Assembly (NCBI GenBank): GCA_963805625.1
Contig: CAWDVE010000024.1
Span: 64,001-128,000, forward strand
Source: an uncultured Candidatus Rokubacteria bacterium
Lineage (GTDB): Bacteria; Methylomirabilota; Methylomirabilia; Rokubacteriales; DASRDR01
Length of the DNA stretch: 64,000 bases
Reading direction: 5' to 3'
Part shown: piece after piece, positions 1 to 10,679 of the stretch
Layout: every line of letters starts with the position of its first letter
Numbering within the stretch: position 1 is the first letter of the stretch
Program-made: the position numbers and the translations under genes
The notes under the pieces: generated by a model
Told to the model about the DNA's origin: nothing
The model's database searches: none
What the model saw: only the letters and a program-made list of their open reading frames with translations

Positions 1-84
1 GGGATGAGGGCGGAGAGGCGTAGGCGCGCTCGGACAGTTCTCGTCTGAGGGCGCGGCGCCGGGCCCTGGCAGGGGAACAGGCAT

Positions 85-357
85 ATGAAGGTGAGAGATC
101 TCGCGTGTTGGCCTCCGAGATGGCGCCGGGCTTCCGGCCCGTCCGGCGAGGTCACCAGTGGTGAGCGCGGGGTTCTCATCGCCGCTCACTGGGACTACAA
201 GACCCAGTCCCTGTCCCTCGTCATGGAGGACGAAGGGGACCGACACGTCGGGGTCCTCGAGGACACGGTGCCGGTGCTGTCCACGCTCGCCCTCATGCTC
301 GATTGGCACGTCGGCCGACCGCTTGCCAAAATTGGCGGCCTGGAGATGACTGTCTAG
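85..357 (+). CDS. Small hypothetical protein (90 aa)
   Basis: ATG with purine-rich RBS (GGGGAACAGG); balanced, globular-looking composition, unlike the overlapping shadow ORFs. Confidence 0.6.
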   Translation: MKVRDLACWPPRWRRASGPSGEVTSGERGVLIAAHWDYKTQSLSLVMEDEGDRHVGVLEDTVPVLSTLALMLDWHVGRPLAKIGGLEMTV

Positions 358-710
358 GCTCCAGGGTCGGCCGGTTTCTCCCTGTGAAAGTCGGCGCCCG
401 GGCCAGGCCATTCCAGGGTTGGCCTCACGGCTAAGGAGCCGGAGGCGCACAGAGGCTGGCGATGCTCGTATCCTGGTGGGAGGAGTAGGTTCGTCTGTGG
501 AGCGCGTCGCGTGAAGGGTGGAAGCAACCACGGAAGAAGCCCCGCACCCTCGGCGCTCACGGAACGAGGGGACATCGTCTTCGACTGGACACTGATCGTC
601 GCCGGACAATGGGCCGGGGCCAGCGACGAGTCGCCCCGAGTGGCGCGCCGGGTCCCAAGGCGACTGGCTCGCAGGTCGCCCGTCCGCGCCGTGGCAGAAA
701 GGCTGCCGAC

Positions 711-3700
711 ATGCCGGGGCTGAAAGCCAGCGCACTGTTCCGAGACCTGGGGTCGCGCGCGTTCTCGTCCGGGTCGCTGCCTGACTCGCAGGACCCGATC
801 AGGGCCGAGCTCTTCAGCGCCGAGCGCCTCGAACAGCATGCGGAAAGCGTCGCCGCGCAGCGTGTCCACGTCGAGGGTGGGAGGGGACGCCCCCTCTCAC
901 CGCGCGTGCGAGACAGCGGGCGCGTGCTGCTCCGATGCTATCGCGAGGTCGCCGCCGTGATCCGAGAGGAAGGCGCGATCACCCCGGCCGCGGAGTGGTT
1001 CGTCGACAACTTCCACATCGTGGAGGACGTCCTTCGAGAAGTCCGGGAGGATCTTCCTCCGGGATTCTACCGCCGGTTGCCAAAGCTCGCGGAGGGACCC
1101 CTCGAGGGCTACCCCCGGGTACTCGGGCTGGCCTGGCCCTTCGTCGCCCACAGCGACAGCCGCTTCGAGCCCGAGACCCTCCAACGCTTCGTCCAGCGAT
1201 TCCAGCACGTCCAGGTGCTGACCATCGGCGAGCTGTGGGCCGTCCCGATCGCCCTACGTCTGGTGCTCCTGGAGAACCTCCGTCGTCTAGCCGAGCAGAT
1301 CGTCAACGGTCGCGCCGCGCGCCGTGACGCGGACGCGCTCGCGAACGAATTGCTGGGGCTCGGAGGGGAGCCGGCGCGCCGTCTGGCCTTTCGGCGGCTC
1401 GAGGCCGCTGCCCTGCCGATGGCCTTCACCGTGCAGCTCGTCCAGCGCCTGCGGGAGCAGGATCCGGAGTCGACACCGGCGCTCGCATGGCTCAGCGAAC
1501 AGCTGGCCGGCCTGGGCACGTCGCCCGAGGAGCTCGTGCGTCAGGAGCATCAGCGCCAGGCGGCGATGAACGTGACGGTCCGGAACGTGATTACCAGCAT
1601 GCGAACGATGTCGACGTTCGACTGGGCGGAGTTCTTCGAAAGCGTCAGTCTGGTCGATGCCGCGCTGCGCGCCGGGAGCGACTTCGGCGCGATGGACTTC
1701 AAGACGCGCGACCGTTACCGTCACGCGATCGAGGACCTCGCTCGAGGTTCACGGCGGACGGACATCGACGTCGCCCAGGAGGCGATCGCTCGAGCGAACC
1801 GCGCCGCTTCGGAGCGAGAGCCGGCGGGCACTCCGGCTGAATCCCGGGTCGAGGACCCTGGTTACTATCTGATCTCGAAGGGGCGCCGCGGCTTCGAACG
1901 GGAGATCGGCTACCGGGTCCCCCTCACACAGTGGCTGCTGCGAGCCTACGTGGGTGGAGCCACGCCGGGCTACCTGGGCACCATCGGCGTCATCGCGGGA
2001 TTGCTCGTGGTGGTTCCTCTCGTCGCCACGCATGCTGCGGGCGTGAGCCCGGTTGTGCTCGTTCTTCTCGGACTCGCCGCCTTGATTCCGGCATCCGATC
2101 TCGCCGTCGCGCTCATCAATCGCTTCGTCACGGAGCTGCTCGGTCCCCGAGCGCTGCCGCGCCTCGAGCTCGCCGAGGGCATCCCGCCGGCCCTACGAAC
2201 CCTCGTGGTGATGCCGACCCTGCTGGTGAGCGACGCCGAGATCGAGGAGCAGGTCAACCGCCTGGAGCTCCACTATCTGGCGAATCTGGAGGGCGCCATC
2301 CACTTCGCTCTCCTTTCTGACTGGATCGACGCGCCGGCGGAAACCATGCCGGCTGATGATCGGCTCCTCGAGACCGCCATCGAGGGGATCGCCCGGCTCA
2401 ACCGGCGCCATGGTCCCGCTCCCGACGCGGGGGCCCGATTCCTCCTGTTCCACCGGCGCCGGCTCTGGAATGACAGCGAGGGCCGGTGGATGGGATGGGA
2501 GCGCAAGCGCGGCAAACTGCAGGAGCTCAACCAGTTGCTCCTGGGGCACGACGGCACGACGTTCATGGGGTCCCGGCTGGACGTGCCACCTTCGGTCCGA
2601 TACGTGATCACCCTCGACGCGGACACGCGCCTGCCTCGAGGCGCCGCCATCCGCCTCGTCGGGACGATGGCCCATCCGCTCAACCGGCCTGTCTTCGATG
2701 CGCGCGTGGGCCGGGTCGTCGAGGGCTATGCGGTCCTTCAGCCGCGTGTCACTCCCACGATGCCCACCGATCGCGACACGTCACTCTTCCAGTGGCTCAC
2801 CGCCGGGCCGGCGGGGATCGATCCCTATGCGGCGGCGATCTCCGATGTCTACCAGGATCTCTTTGGAGGCGGCTCATACACCGGCAAGGGCATCTATGAC
2901 GTCGAGGCATTTGCCGGGGCGTTGGAGGGCCGCGTACCCGAGAATGCGCTCCTCAGCCACGACCTGTTCGAGGGCATCTTCGCGCGGACGGGACTGGTCA
3001 CCGACATCGAGCTTTTCGAGGAGTTCCCGACGGACTACGAGGTTGCAGCGGCCCGGCAGCATCGATGGGCGCGGGGCGACTGGCAACTGCTGCCCTGGAT
3101 CGTCCGGGGGGCCGCTGGCGCCGGGGCGCATCGAAGCTCCATCCCGCCGATCGATCAGTGGAAGATGGTGGACAATCTCCGTCGTACCCTGTCAGCTCCG
3201 GCCGCGTGGCTGACCCTTGCCACCGGCTGGACGCTGCCCGACCGCCTGCCGCTCGTGTGGACGACCTTCGTCCTCGCCACGATCGCGATACCCGCCCTCC
3301 TGCCTGCGTTCGCCGAGGCGATTCCGAGGCGAGCGGGAATCTCCAAGCGGACCCACATCCGGGCGGTCGGACGGAGCTTCGCGCTGGCGGCCTCCCAGAT
3401 TGCGCTGTGGATCACGTTCATGGCGCATCAGGCGTGGCTGATGGGCGACGCGATCGGACGGACCCTGGTCCGCGTGTATGGGACCCATCGACGGTTGCTC
3501 GAATGGATGACGGCCGCGCAGGCCAAGTTGGGACTATCCCTCACGCTGGCCGGTGCCTATCGACGGATGCACGGGGCGCCGATCCTGGCCGTTGTGGCCG
3601 GGATGCTGGTTGTTCTCGTTCGGCCAGGCAGCTGGCCGATCGCCCTGCCGTTCCTCTTGCTGTGGGTCCTCTCGCCGCTCATCGCACGATGGGTCAGCCG

Positions 3701-6700
3701 GCCCCCGCGCGTCGACCCGACGCAGGGGCTGTCGGCGTCGGATGCGAGGCTCCTCCGCTCGACCGCGCGCCGCACGTGGCGGTTCTTCGAAGCGTTCGTC
3801 GGTCCGGGCGATACGTTCCTGCCGCCTGACAACTTCCAGGAGGACCCGGCGCCGGTCCTCGCCCACCGCACGTCGCCGACCAACATCGGGCTGTATCTCG
3901 GGGCGATCGTCGCCGCCCGCGATCTCGGCTGGCTCGGGATGCTGGAGACCGTCGACCGGCTCGAGGCGACGCTCACGACGATGGGGCGGCTCGAGCGCTT
4001 CCGGGGCCACTTCTACAACTGGTATGAGACGACCGACCTTCGCCCGCTGGAGCCCCGCTACGTGTCCACGGTGGATAGCGGGAATCTGGCGAGCCAGCTC
4101 CTCGTTCTGGGAAATGCCTGCCGCGGGGCGCTCGAGCGCCCGCTACTCGATCACGAAGCCTTCGCCGGAATCGAGGACGCCGTATTGCTCGTACGCGAGG
4201 CGGCGAATGCCCTCGTGGATGACCGGCGCACGCAAACGGTGAGGCTCGGCCATCTGGACCAAGCCTGCGAGGCGCTGGTCATGATGCTGCGCGACCCACC
4301 TCGACCGGCGGCCGACTGGGTCGTCCGCTTGGGTCAGCTCGCCGGCCAGGCCGATGCCCTGGTGGACATCACACGCACGTTGACGGCGGAGCGCGGCGAT
4401 GGCGAGGACTCAGACGTCCTCGTCTGGGCGCAGGCGACGCGCGCCACCATCGCGAGCCACACGCGCGACCTCGACCGGCAGATGCCGTGGGCATCCCGTC
4501 TCGAGGCCGTCGTCGCCGACCTCCCCCCCGCGTCCCGCGAGGCCGCGATCGCGAGCCGGGCCCTCTGCTCCTCGTTTCCCACCCTGGCCGCGCTGGCTGA
4601 CCTCTGCGAGTGTGCGGTCAGTGAGCTCACGGCCATGCTCGACGGCGGCCCTCGCGCCGGATCCGCCCGTGGGGGTCGAGTCGAGCACGTCCACGAGCTC
4701 ATCGGACAGCTGGAGGGCGCGGCCGTGGCGTCACGAGCGCTCGTCGAGCGCCTCTCCGCCATCGCCCGCGTCACGAAGCAGCTCTTCGATGCGATGGACT
4801 TTGGCTTCCTCTTCCACTCTGCACGCAAGATCTTCTCGATCGGCTATCGCGTCACGGAGGGGAGTCTCGATCCGAGCGCGTACGATCTCCTCGCCTCCGA
4901 GGCGCGGCTCGCGAGCTTCATCGCGATTGCCAACGGCGGGGCACCCACGTCGCACTGGTTCCACCTGGGTCGCCCGATGACGCCCGTTGGGCTCGGGGCG
5001 GCGCTGGTGTCCTGGTCCGGCTCGATGTTCGAGTACCTGATGCCGGCGCTCGTCATGCAGGCGCCACCCGGAAGCTTGCTCCAGCGGACGTATCGCCTCG
5101 TCGTCCAGCGTCAGATCGGGTACGGTGCGGAGCACGGGATTCCCTGGGGCATCTCCGAATCGGCGTACAACGTGCGCGATCTCGACCTGACCTACCAGTA
5201 TTCGAACTTCGGGGTTCCGGGTCTGGGTCTCGAGCGGGGCCTCAGCGAGGACTTGGTCGTCGCGCCCTACGCGACCGCCCTGGCCGCCATGATCGACCCG
5301 AGTGCCGCCGCCCGTAACTTCACGCGCCTCATCGCGGTGGGCGGGAGGGGATTCTACGGCTTCTACGAGGCGTTGGACTACACGCCGTCCCGGCTCCCGG
5401 CGGGGACGACCGTGGCGATCGTTCGTGCCTACATGGCGCACCATCAGGGCATGACCCTCATCGCGCTGGCGAATGTGCTCCGAGATGGGGTGGTGCGCGC
5501 GCGATTCCACGGCGAGCCCATCATCCAGGCGACCGAGCTTCTCTTGCAGGAGCGCGTGCCCCGGGACGTGGCGGTGGCGAGACCGCGGGCGGAAGAGGTG
5601 CAGGCGCCGGCCCATGTGCGGGAGTTCGTGGAGCCGTCCTTCCGTCAGTTCACGTCTCCGCACGACCCGACGCCGCGGACGCACCTGCTCTCCAACGGCC
5701 GGTACACGGTGATGCTGACGACCGCGGGTTCGGGCTACAGCCGGTGCGCGGAGCTCGCCGTCACTCGATGGCGGGAGGATGTCACCCGGGATCACTGGGG
5801 GACCTATCTCTTCCTGCGGGATGTCCAGAGCGGGGCGGTATGGTCGGCGGGGTATCAGCCTACCGGAGTCGAGCCGGACGACTATCGCGCGACCTTCTCG
5901 GAGGACCGGGCCGAGTTGTATCGGCGCGATGGCGCCATCACGACCACGCTCGAGGTGCTGGTCTCGCCGGAGGCCGACGCCGAGCTGCGGCGGGTGTCCG
6001 TCATGAACCTGGGGGGGCAGACACGAGAGATCGAACTGACCTCCTACGCCGAGCTCGTGCTGGCGCCGCCGGCGGCGGATACCGCGCATCAGGCCTTTTC
6101 CAGCCTCTTCGTCCAGACGGAATGGGTAGCCGATCTCGGGGCCCTGCTGGCGACCCGCCGTGGCCGGTCGGCGACGGACCCGGCGATCTGGGCGGCCCAC
6201 ATCGTCGTCGTCGAAGGCCAGTCCGGTGGAGGGACTCAATACGAGACCGACCGCGGGCGGTTCCTCGGCCGGGGTCGCGGGGTCCGCACCCCGATGTCGG
6301 TCGTCGACGGGAGGCCCCTCTCGAACACGACCGGCTCGGTGCTCGATCCAATCTTCAGCCTCAGACGGCGAGTCCGTCTCGCGCCGGGAGAGAGCGCACG
6401 CCTCATCTTCTCCACGTTCGTCGGCCCGTCGCGCGAAGCCGCCCTGGCGCTCGCCGACAAGTATCGCGACCCCGCGACGTTCGAGCGGACGGTCACGCTG
6501 GCCTGGACGCGGGCGCAAATCCAGCTCCATCATCTCGGGGTTCGCGCGGACGAGGCCCGCCTGTTTCAGGATCTTGCAGGCCGGATTCTCTACGCGGACG
6601 CGACGCTTCGGCCCGCGGCGGTGATGTTGCGGCAGAATGCGTCCGGACCCGCGGCCCTGTGGGCCCACGGGATCTCCGGCGACCTCCCGATCGTCCTGGT

Positions 6701-9521
6701 CCGCATCGACGAGCCGGAGGATCGAGGGATCGTCCGACAGCTCCTCCGCGCGCACGAGTACTGGCGCCTGAAGGGGCTCGCGGTCGATCTGGTCATCCTG
6801 AACGAGCGGGCGCATTCCTACACGGAGGAGCTCCAGGCGTCGCTGGAGGCGCTGGTCCGGACGAGCCAGTCGGCATCGCGGCACGAGGGGCACGAGATAC
6901 ACGGGAAGGTCTTCATCCTGCGGAAGGACCTGCTCAAGGCGCCCGAGCGCGATGCCCTGCAGACGGCCGCTCGAGCCATCCTCCTGAGTCGGCACGGCAC
7001 GCTCGCCGAGCAACTCGCGCGGGCCACAATCACTCCGAGCCCGGCCACCCCGCCCCGCCGCCGCCCGGCCAGAACCCCATCCTCTGCCGACGCGCCGCCG
7101 GCCCGCCCGGAGTTCGAGTTCTTTAACGGGCTGGGGGGATTCGTCGACGATGGGCGGGAGTACGTGACCATCCTCGGAGAAGGGCAATGGACGCCCGCGC
7201 CCTGGATCAACGTCATCGCGAATCCCGCGTTCGGCTTCCAGGTCTCCGAGTGCGGGGCCGGCTACACGTGGTCGCGCAACAGCCGGGAGAATCAACTGAC
7301 GGCGTGGTCCAACGATCCCGTCAGCGACCCGCCCGGGGAGACCATCTATGTCCGGGACGAAGAGACCGGTGACCTGTGGGGCCCGACGGCGCTGCCCATC
7401 CGGGAGGACGCGTCGCCCTACGTCGCCCGGCATGGTCAGGGCTACAGCCGCTTCGAGCACACGTCCCATGGCATCTTCCTGAGTCTGCTCCAGTTCGTGC
7501 CGTTGAGCGACCCGGTGAAGATCTCCCGATTGAGGATCGAGAACCGATCCGGCAGGTCCCGGCGTCTATCCGTCACCGCGTACGTCGAATGGGTCCTGGG
7601 AGTCTCGCGAAGCGCGACTGCGCCCGTCATCGTCACCGAGATCGATCCGGGCACGGGTGCGCTGTTCGCGCGCAACCCGTGGAACATCGACTTCGGCGAT
7701 CACGTGGCCTTTGCCGATCTCGGGGGGCGTCAGACCGCGTGGACCGGCGATCGGACGGAGGTCCTGGGCCGGAACGGAACACTCGATCATCCGGCGCTCC
7801 TGGAGCGAGGGGGCCGCCCGTCCGGCCGGGTCGGCGCCGGACTCGACCCCTGCGCGGCCCTGCAGACCGTGATCGAGGTGGCGCCCGGCGGGCGCGAGGA
7901 GATCGTGTTCTTCCTCGGTGGGGCCGCGACGGCCGCCGAGGCGCGCGGGCTGCTCACTCGCTACCGGACAGCGGACCTCGATCTGACGTTGCAGGCCGTG
8001 AAGACTCGGTGGGACGACATCGTCGGCGCCATCCAAGTCAAGACGCCGGATCGCTCCGTGGACATCATGCTCAACCGCTGGCTTCTCTACCAGACGCTCG
8101 CCTGCCGTGTCTGGGCCCGATCCGCCTTCTATCAGGCCGGGGGCGCGTACGGGTTTCGCGACCAGCTGCAGGACGTCATGGCCTTGACCGTCACGAACCG
8201 GGAGGTCGCGCGGGAGCATCTCCTCCGGGCCGCCAGCCGGCAGTTCGTGGAGGGCGACGTGCAGCACTGGTGGCATCCCCCCTCCGGCCGGGGGGTGCGC
8301 ACCCGGATCTCCGACGACGCGATCTGGTTGCCCTACGCTGTCACGCAATACCTCGAGGCGACGGGCGATGCCGGCGTGCTTGACGAGGTCATCCCCTTCC
8401 TCGAAGGGCCCGTCCTCGAGACGGGGCAGCACGAGTCGTACTTCGAGCCCACGGTGTCCGCCGAGCACGGCACCGTGTTCGAGCACTGCGCCCGCGCGCT
8501 CGACCGGAGTCTCGCCATTGGCGTGCACGGCCTGCCTTTGATCGGTACGGGGGACTGGAACGACGGCCTGAACCGCGTCGGCCCCGAGGGGCATGGAGAG
8601 AGCGTGTGGCTCGGCTGGTTCCTGCACACGACCCTCTGGGAGTTCGCGCGGTGGGCCGATGCCCGCGGCGAGCGCGGCCGCGCCGAGAGGTGGCGCGGCC
8701 ACGTCGACATCCTGAAGACCTCGCTCGAAGAACAGGCATGGGACGGGGACTGGTATCGTCGCGCCTTCTTCGACGACGGGACCCCCCTCGGGTCCGTCGT
8801 CAACGCGGAGTGCCGCATCGACTCCATCGCGCAGTCGTGGGGGGTGCTCTCAGGCGCCGCGGAGCCGAAGCGCGCGGCGCGCGCGATGGCGGCCGTCGAG
8901 GAGTATCTCGTGCGGCGAGGGCAGGAGCTGGTCCTCCTGTTCACGCCCCCGTTCGACCGCGCGCCTGTCGACCCCGGCTACATCAAGGGTTACCCGCCAG
9001 GTGTGCGCGAAAACGGCGGCCAGTATACCCATGCCGCGATCTGGTCGGTGATGGCGTTCGCGGCGCTCGGTGACGGCGACAAGGCCAACGAGCTCTTCTC
9101 GATCCTGAACCCGATCAACCGCGCGAGCACGAGGGCGGGAGTCCACCGGTACAAGGTGGAGCCCTACGTGGCGGCCGCCGACGTCTATGCCGAGGCCCCG
9201 CATGTCGGCCGCGGAGGCTGGACGTGGTATACGGGCTCCGCGGGCTGGATGTACCGTGCGGGGATCGAGTGGCTCCTCGGGTTCCGGCTGCGTGGCGCGG
9301 TGCTTCACCTGGACCCCTGCATCCCGCGCGCGTGGCGACGCTTCGAGATCGCGTTCCGCTACCACGGGTCGCGCTATGAGATTACGGTCGAAAACCCCCG
9401 TGGGGTGTCGCGGGGCATTGCCCAGATCGAGGTCGATGGCCGTTTGCTGGCGTCCGGTAGCGCGAGCCTTCCCTTGACCGCGGATGGCGCGACACATCAA
9501 GTGCGCGCCATCCTGGGGTGA
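711..9521 (+). CDS. ndvB: Cyclic beta-1,2-glucan synthase (Cgs/NdvB/ChvB type; GT84 + glycoamylase-like + GH94 domains)
   Basis: About 2,940 aa. GT motifs WMGWERKRGKL, YVITLDADT, LLSHDLFEG, RQHRWARGDWQ; TM segments; SWSGSMFEYLMP; GH94 motifs GAYGFRDQLQD, GDWNDGLN, ENGGQYTHAA, WYTGSAGW. Start at 711 or 609 is uncertain. Confidence 0.95.
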   Translation: MPGLKASALFRDLGSRAFSSGSLPDSQDPIRAELFSAERLEQHAESVAAQRVHVEGGRGRPLSPRVRDSGRVLLRCYREVAAVIREEGAITPAAEWFVDNFHIVEDVLREVREDLPPGFYRRLPKLAEGPLEGYPRVLGLAWPFVAHSDSRFEPETLQRFVQRFQHVQVLTIGELWAVPIALRLVLLENLRRLAEQIVNGRAARRDADALANELLGLGGEPARRLAFRRLEAAALPMAFTVQLVQRLREQDPESTPALAWLSEQLAGLGTSPEELVRQEHQRQAAMNVTVRNVITSMRTMSTFDWAEFFESVSLVDAALRAGSDFGAMDFKTRDRYRHAIEDLARGSRRTDIDVAQEAIARANRAASEREPAGTPAESRVEDPGYYLISKGRRGFEREIGYRVPLTQWLLRAYVGGATPGYLGTIGVIAGLLVVVPLVATHAAGVSPVVLVLLGLAALIPASDLAVALINRFVTELLGPRALPRLELAEGIPPALRTLVVMPTLLVSDAEIEEQVNRLELHYLANLEGAIHFALLSDWIDAPAETMPADDRLLETAIEGIARLNRRHGPAPDAGARFLLFHRRRLWNDSEGRWMGWERKRGKLQELNQLLLGHDGTTFMGSRLDVPPSVRYVITLDADTRLPRGAAIRLVGTMAHPLNRPVFDARVGRVVEGYAVLQPRVTPTMPTDRDTSLFQWLTAGPAGIDPYAAAISDVYQDLFGGGSYTGKGIYDVEAFAGALEGRVPENALLSHDLFEGIFARTGLVTDIELFEEFPTDYEVAAARQHRWARGDWQLLPWIVRGAAGAGAHRSSIPPIDQWKMVDNLRRTLSAPAAWLTLATGWTLPDRLPLVWTTFVLATIAIPALLPAFAEAIPRRAGISKRTHIRAVGRSFALAASQIALWITFMAHQAWLMGDAIGRTLVRVYGTHRRLLEWMTAAQAKLGLSLTLAGAYRRMHGAPILAVVAGMLVVLVRPGSWPIALPFLLLWVLSPLIARWVSRPPRVDPTQGLSASDARLLRSTARRTWRFFEAFVGPGDTFLPPDNFQEDPAPVLAHRTSPTNIGLYLGAIVAARDLGWLGMLETVDRLEATLTTMGRLERFRGHFYNWYETTDLRPLEPRYVSTVDSGNLASQLLVLGNACRGALERPLLDHEAFAGIEDAVLLVREAANALVDDRRTQTVRLGHLDQACEALVMMLRDPPRPAADWVVRLGQLAGQADALVDITRTLTAERGDGEDSDVLVWAQATRATIASHTRDLDRQMPWASRLEAVVADLPPASREAAIASRALCSSFPTLAALADLCECAVSELTAMLDGGPRAGSARGGRVEHVHELIGQLEGAAVASRALVERLSAIARVTKQLFDAMDFGFLFHSARKIFSIGYRVTEGSLDPSAYDLLASEARLASFIAIANGGAPTSHWFHLGRPMTPVGLGAALVSWSGSMFEYLMPALVMQAPPGSLLQRTYRLVVQRQIGYGAEHGIPWGISESAYNVRDLDLTYQYSNFGVPGLGLERGLSEDLVVAPYATALAAMIDPSAAARNFTRLIAVGGRGFYGFYEALDYTPSRLPAGTTVAIVRAYMAHHQGMTLIALANVLRDGVVRARFHGEPIIQATELLLQERVPRDVAVARPRAEEVQAPAHVREFVEPSFRQFTSPHDPTPRTHLLSNGRYTVMLTTAGSGYSRCAELAVTRWREDVTRDHWGTYLFLRDVQSGAVWSAGYQPTGVEPDDYRATFSEDRAELYRRDGAITTTLEVLVSPEADAELRRVSVMNLGGQTREIELTSYAELVLAPPAADTAHQAFSSLFVQTEWVADLGALLATRRGRSATDPAIWAAHIVVVEGQSGGGTQYETDRGRFLGRGRGVRTPMSVVDGRPLSNTTGSVLDPIFSLRRRVRLAPGESARLIFSTFVGPSREAALALADKYRDPATFERTVTLAWTRAQIQLHHLGVRADEARLFQDLAGRILYADATLRPAAVMLRQNASGPAALWAHGISGDLPIVLVRIDEPEDRGIVRQLLRAHEYWRLKGLAVDLVILNERAHSYTEELQASLEALVRTSQSASRHEGHEIHGKVFILRKDLLKAPERDALQTAARAILLSRHGTLAEQLARATITPSPATPPRRRPARTPSSADAPPARPEFEFFNGLGGFVDDGREYVTILGEGQWTPAPWINVIANPAFGFQVSECGAGYTWSRNSRENQLTAWSNDPVSDPPGETIYVRDEETGDLWGPTALPIREDASPYVARHGQGYSRFEHTSHGIFLSLLQFVPLSDPVKISRLRIENRSGRSRRLSVTAYVEWVLGVSRSATAPVIVTEIDPGTGALFARNPWNIDFGDHVAFADLGGRQTAWTGDRTEVLGRNGTLDHPALLERGGRPSGRVGAGLDPCAALQTVIEVAPGGREEIVFFLGGAATAAEARGLLTRYRTADLDLTLQAVKTRWDDIVGAIQVKTPDRSVDIMLNRWLLYQTLACRVWARSAFYQAGGAYGFRDQLQDVMALTVTNREVAREHLLRAASRQFVEGDVQHWWHPPSGRGVRTRISDDAIWLPYAVTQYLEATGDAGVLDEVIPFLEGPVLETGQHESYFEPTVSAEHGTVFEHCARALDRSLAIGVHGLPLIGTGDWNDGLNRVGPEGHGESVWLGWFLHTTLWEFARWADARGERGRAERWRGHVDILKTSLEEQAWDGDWYRRAFFDDGTPLGSVVNAECRIDSIAQSWGVLSGAAEPKRAARAMAAVEEYLVRRGQELVLLFTPPFDRAPVDPGYIKGYPPGVRENGGQYTHAAIWSVMAFAALGDGDKANELFSILNPINRASTRAGVHRYKVEPYVAAADVYAEAPHVGRGGWTWYTGSAGWMYRAGIEWLLGFRLRGAVLHLDPCIPRAWRRFEIAFRYHGSRYEITVENPRGVSRGIAQIEVDGRLLASGSASLPLTADGATHQVRAILG

Positions 9522-9887
9522 CGGCCGCTCCGGAGCGCTGCGGCGCCCGGCCAGAGTTCACAGAGGTTCCCATCGCGCGGCCCTCCTCGCGGAGGCTGGA
9601 GCCGCTGCCCGGCGCGTCGTCCAGCATACGGAAGCGGCGTTCAGCCGCGTTCCGCGGCCCTTGGCTCACCGACGATGAGGCGGGTCCAGTCGGGCCACTC
9701 GGTCCCGCAGTCGCCGACGACCTCCCCGGAGAGGTCTCTCGTGGCCAGACGGGACACCCGGTCTCGTGGCGACTCAGCCGTTGGCGCGCGCGCGGCGTTT
9801 CTGCTCCTTCTTCTTCAGGGCGGCGCGCATGCGTGCGGTCTTCCGACGTCTCGGGGCGCGTTTTTGGGCTGGCATCACAGTTTCCTC

Positions 9888-10145
9888 TCAGTGTGAACCG
9901 TTCGTAGCGCGTTGACGTGGGGCGCCTGCTGATGACGGCTTCAGACCGAAATGCCGAAGGGCCTGTTCGATGGCTTCGCGCTTTTCGGGCGGTAATGGCG
10001 TGACGCGACGACCCCGCCCGGCGCGGTTCGGCGCTTGGCGCGTCGACAGACCCCAAACAACCTTGACATGATTGATCCATGCGGGCTTCGGGATGAAGCC
10101 GTGGTTACGCTGAACGAACTTCTGTATCTCACTGTAGGTCGGCAT
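9888..10145 (-). CDS. Small protein resembling the C-terminal tail domain of some RlmD/RumA RNA methyltransferases
   Basis: TYSEIQKFV...WINHVK...GL...APN...PPEKREAIEQALRHFGL pattern; AGGAGG RBS upstream of the ATG. Confidence 0.65.
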   Translation of the reverse strand: MPTYSEIQKFVQRNHGFIPKPAWINHVKVVWGLSTRQAPNRAGRGRRVTPLPPEKREAIEQALRHFGLKPSSAGAPRQRATNGSH

Positions 10146-10265
10146 GCACCCCTCCTTGTCGCCAACCCGCTTGATTTTCGCCCAGTTCGCCTGTCGGTGC
10201 GGCGAGGGCGTAAATTCGTCCGGACAGATCCGGCCGACCAGGGCGCTCGCGAGGGCCGGCTACGG

Positions 10266-10679
10266 TCATTCCTTCGTCGCCAGGATCGCCACCGCAGCAA
10301 CGAGCTCGCCGACGTTCACCGGTTTGGCGAGACAGAACTGGAATCCAACACGCAACACCTCCGCACGATCTTGAGCGGCTGCGAGGCCCGTGACCAGGGC
10401 GGCAGGCGTTCGCCCCCCATGTTCCGGTGAGAGGGCCCGGACCTGGCGAATCAAACTGAACCCGTCTGCTTCGGGCATGGTCAGGTCCGTCAGGAGCACA
10501 TCGGGCCGCTCCAGCGGCAGCACGCGAAGTGCCTCGGCTGCCGACGAGACGCTTGTCACCGTGGCCCCATGGGCTTCGAGTATCGTTGTCATAAGCGCGC
10601 GAAGAAGGACGTTGTCGTCGACGACCAGGACGTGCACGGCTGCGAGCGAGGGGGCAGGCGCCCCATTTTGCTCGCTCAT
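10266..10679 (-). CDS. Single-domain response regulator (CheY-like receiver)
   Basis: VLVVDDN, DVLLTDLTMPEADG, ALVTG, LAKPV motifs. Confidence 0.9.
   Translation of the reverse strand: MSEQNGAPAPSLAAVHVLVVDDNVLLRALMTTILEAHGATVTSVSSAAEALRVLPLERPDVLLTDLTMPEADGFSLIRQVRALSPEHGGRTPAALVTGLAAAQDRAEVLRVGFQFCLAKPVNVGELVAAVAILATKE

Noticed and set aside
4731-7469. 912-aa antisense ORF and other long shadow ORFs (e.g. 11581-12972, 46588-47997, 55383-57098)
   Set aside because: They lie opposite well-supported genes and have no motifs; such ORFs are expected in high-GC DNA
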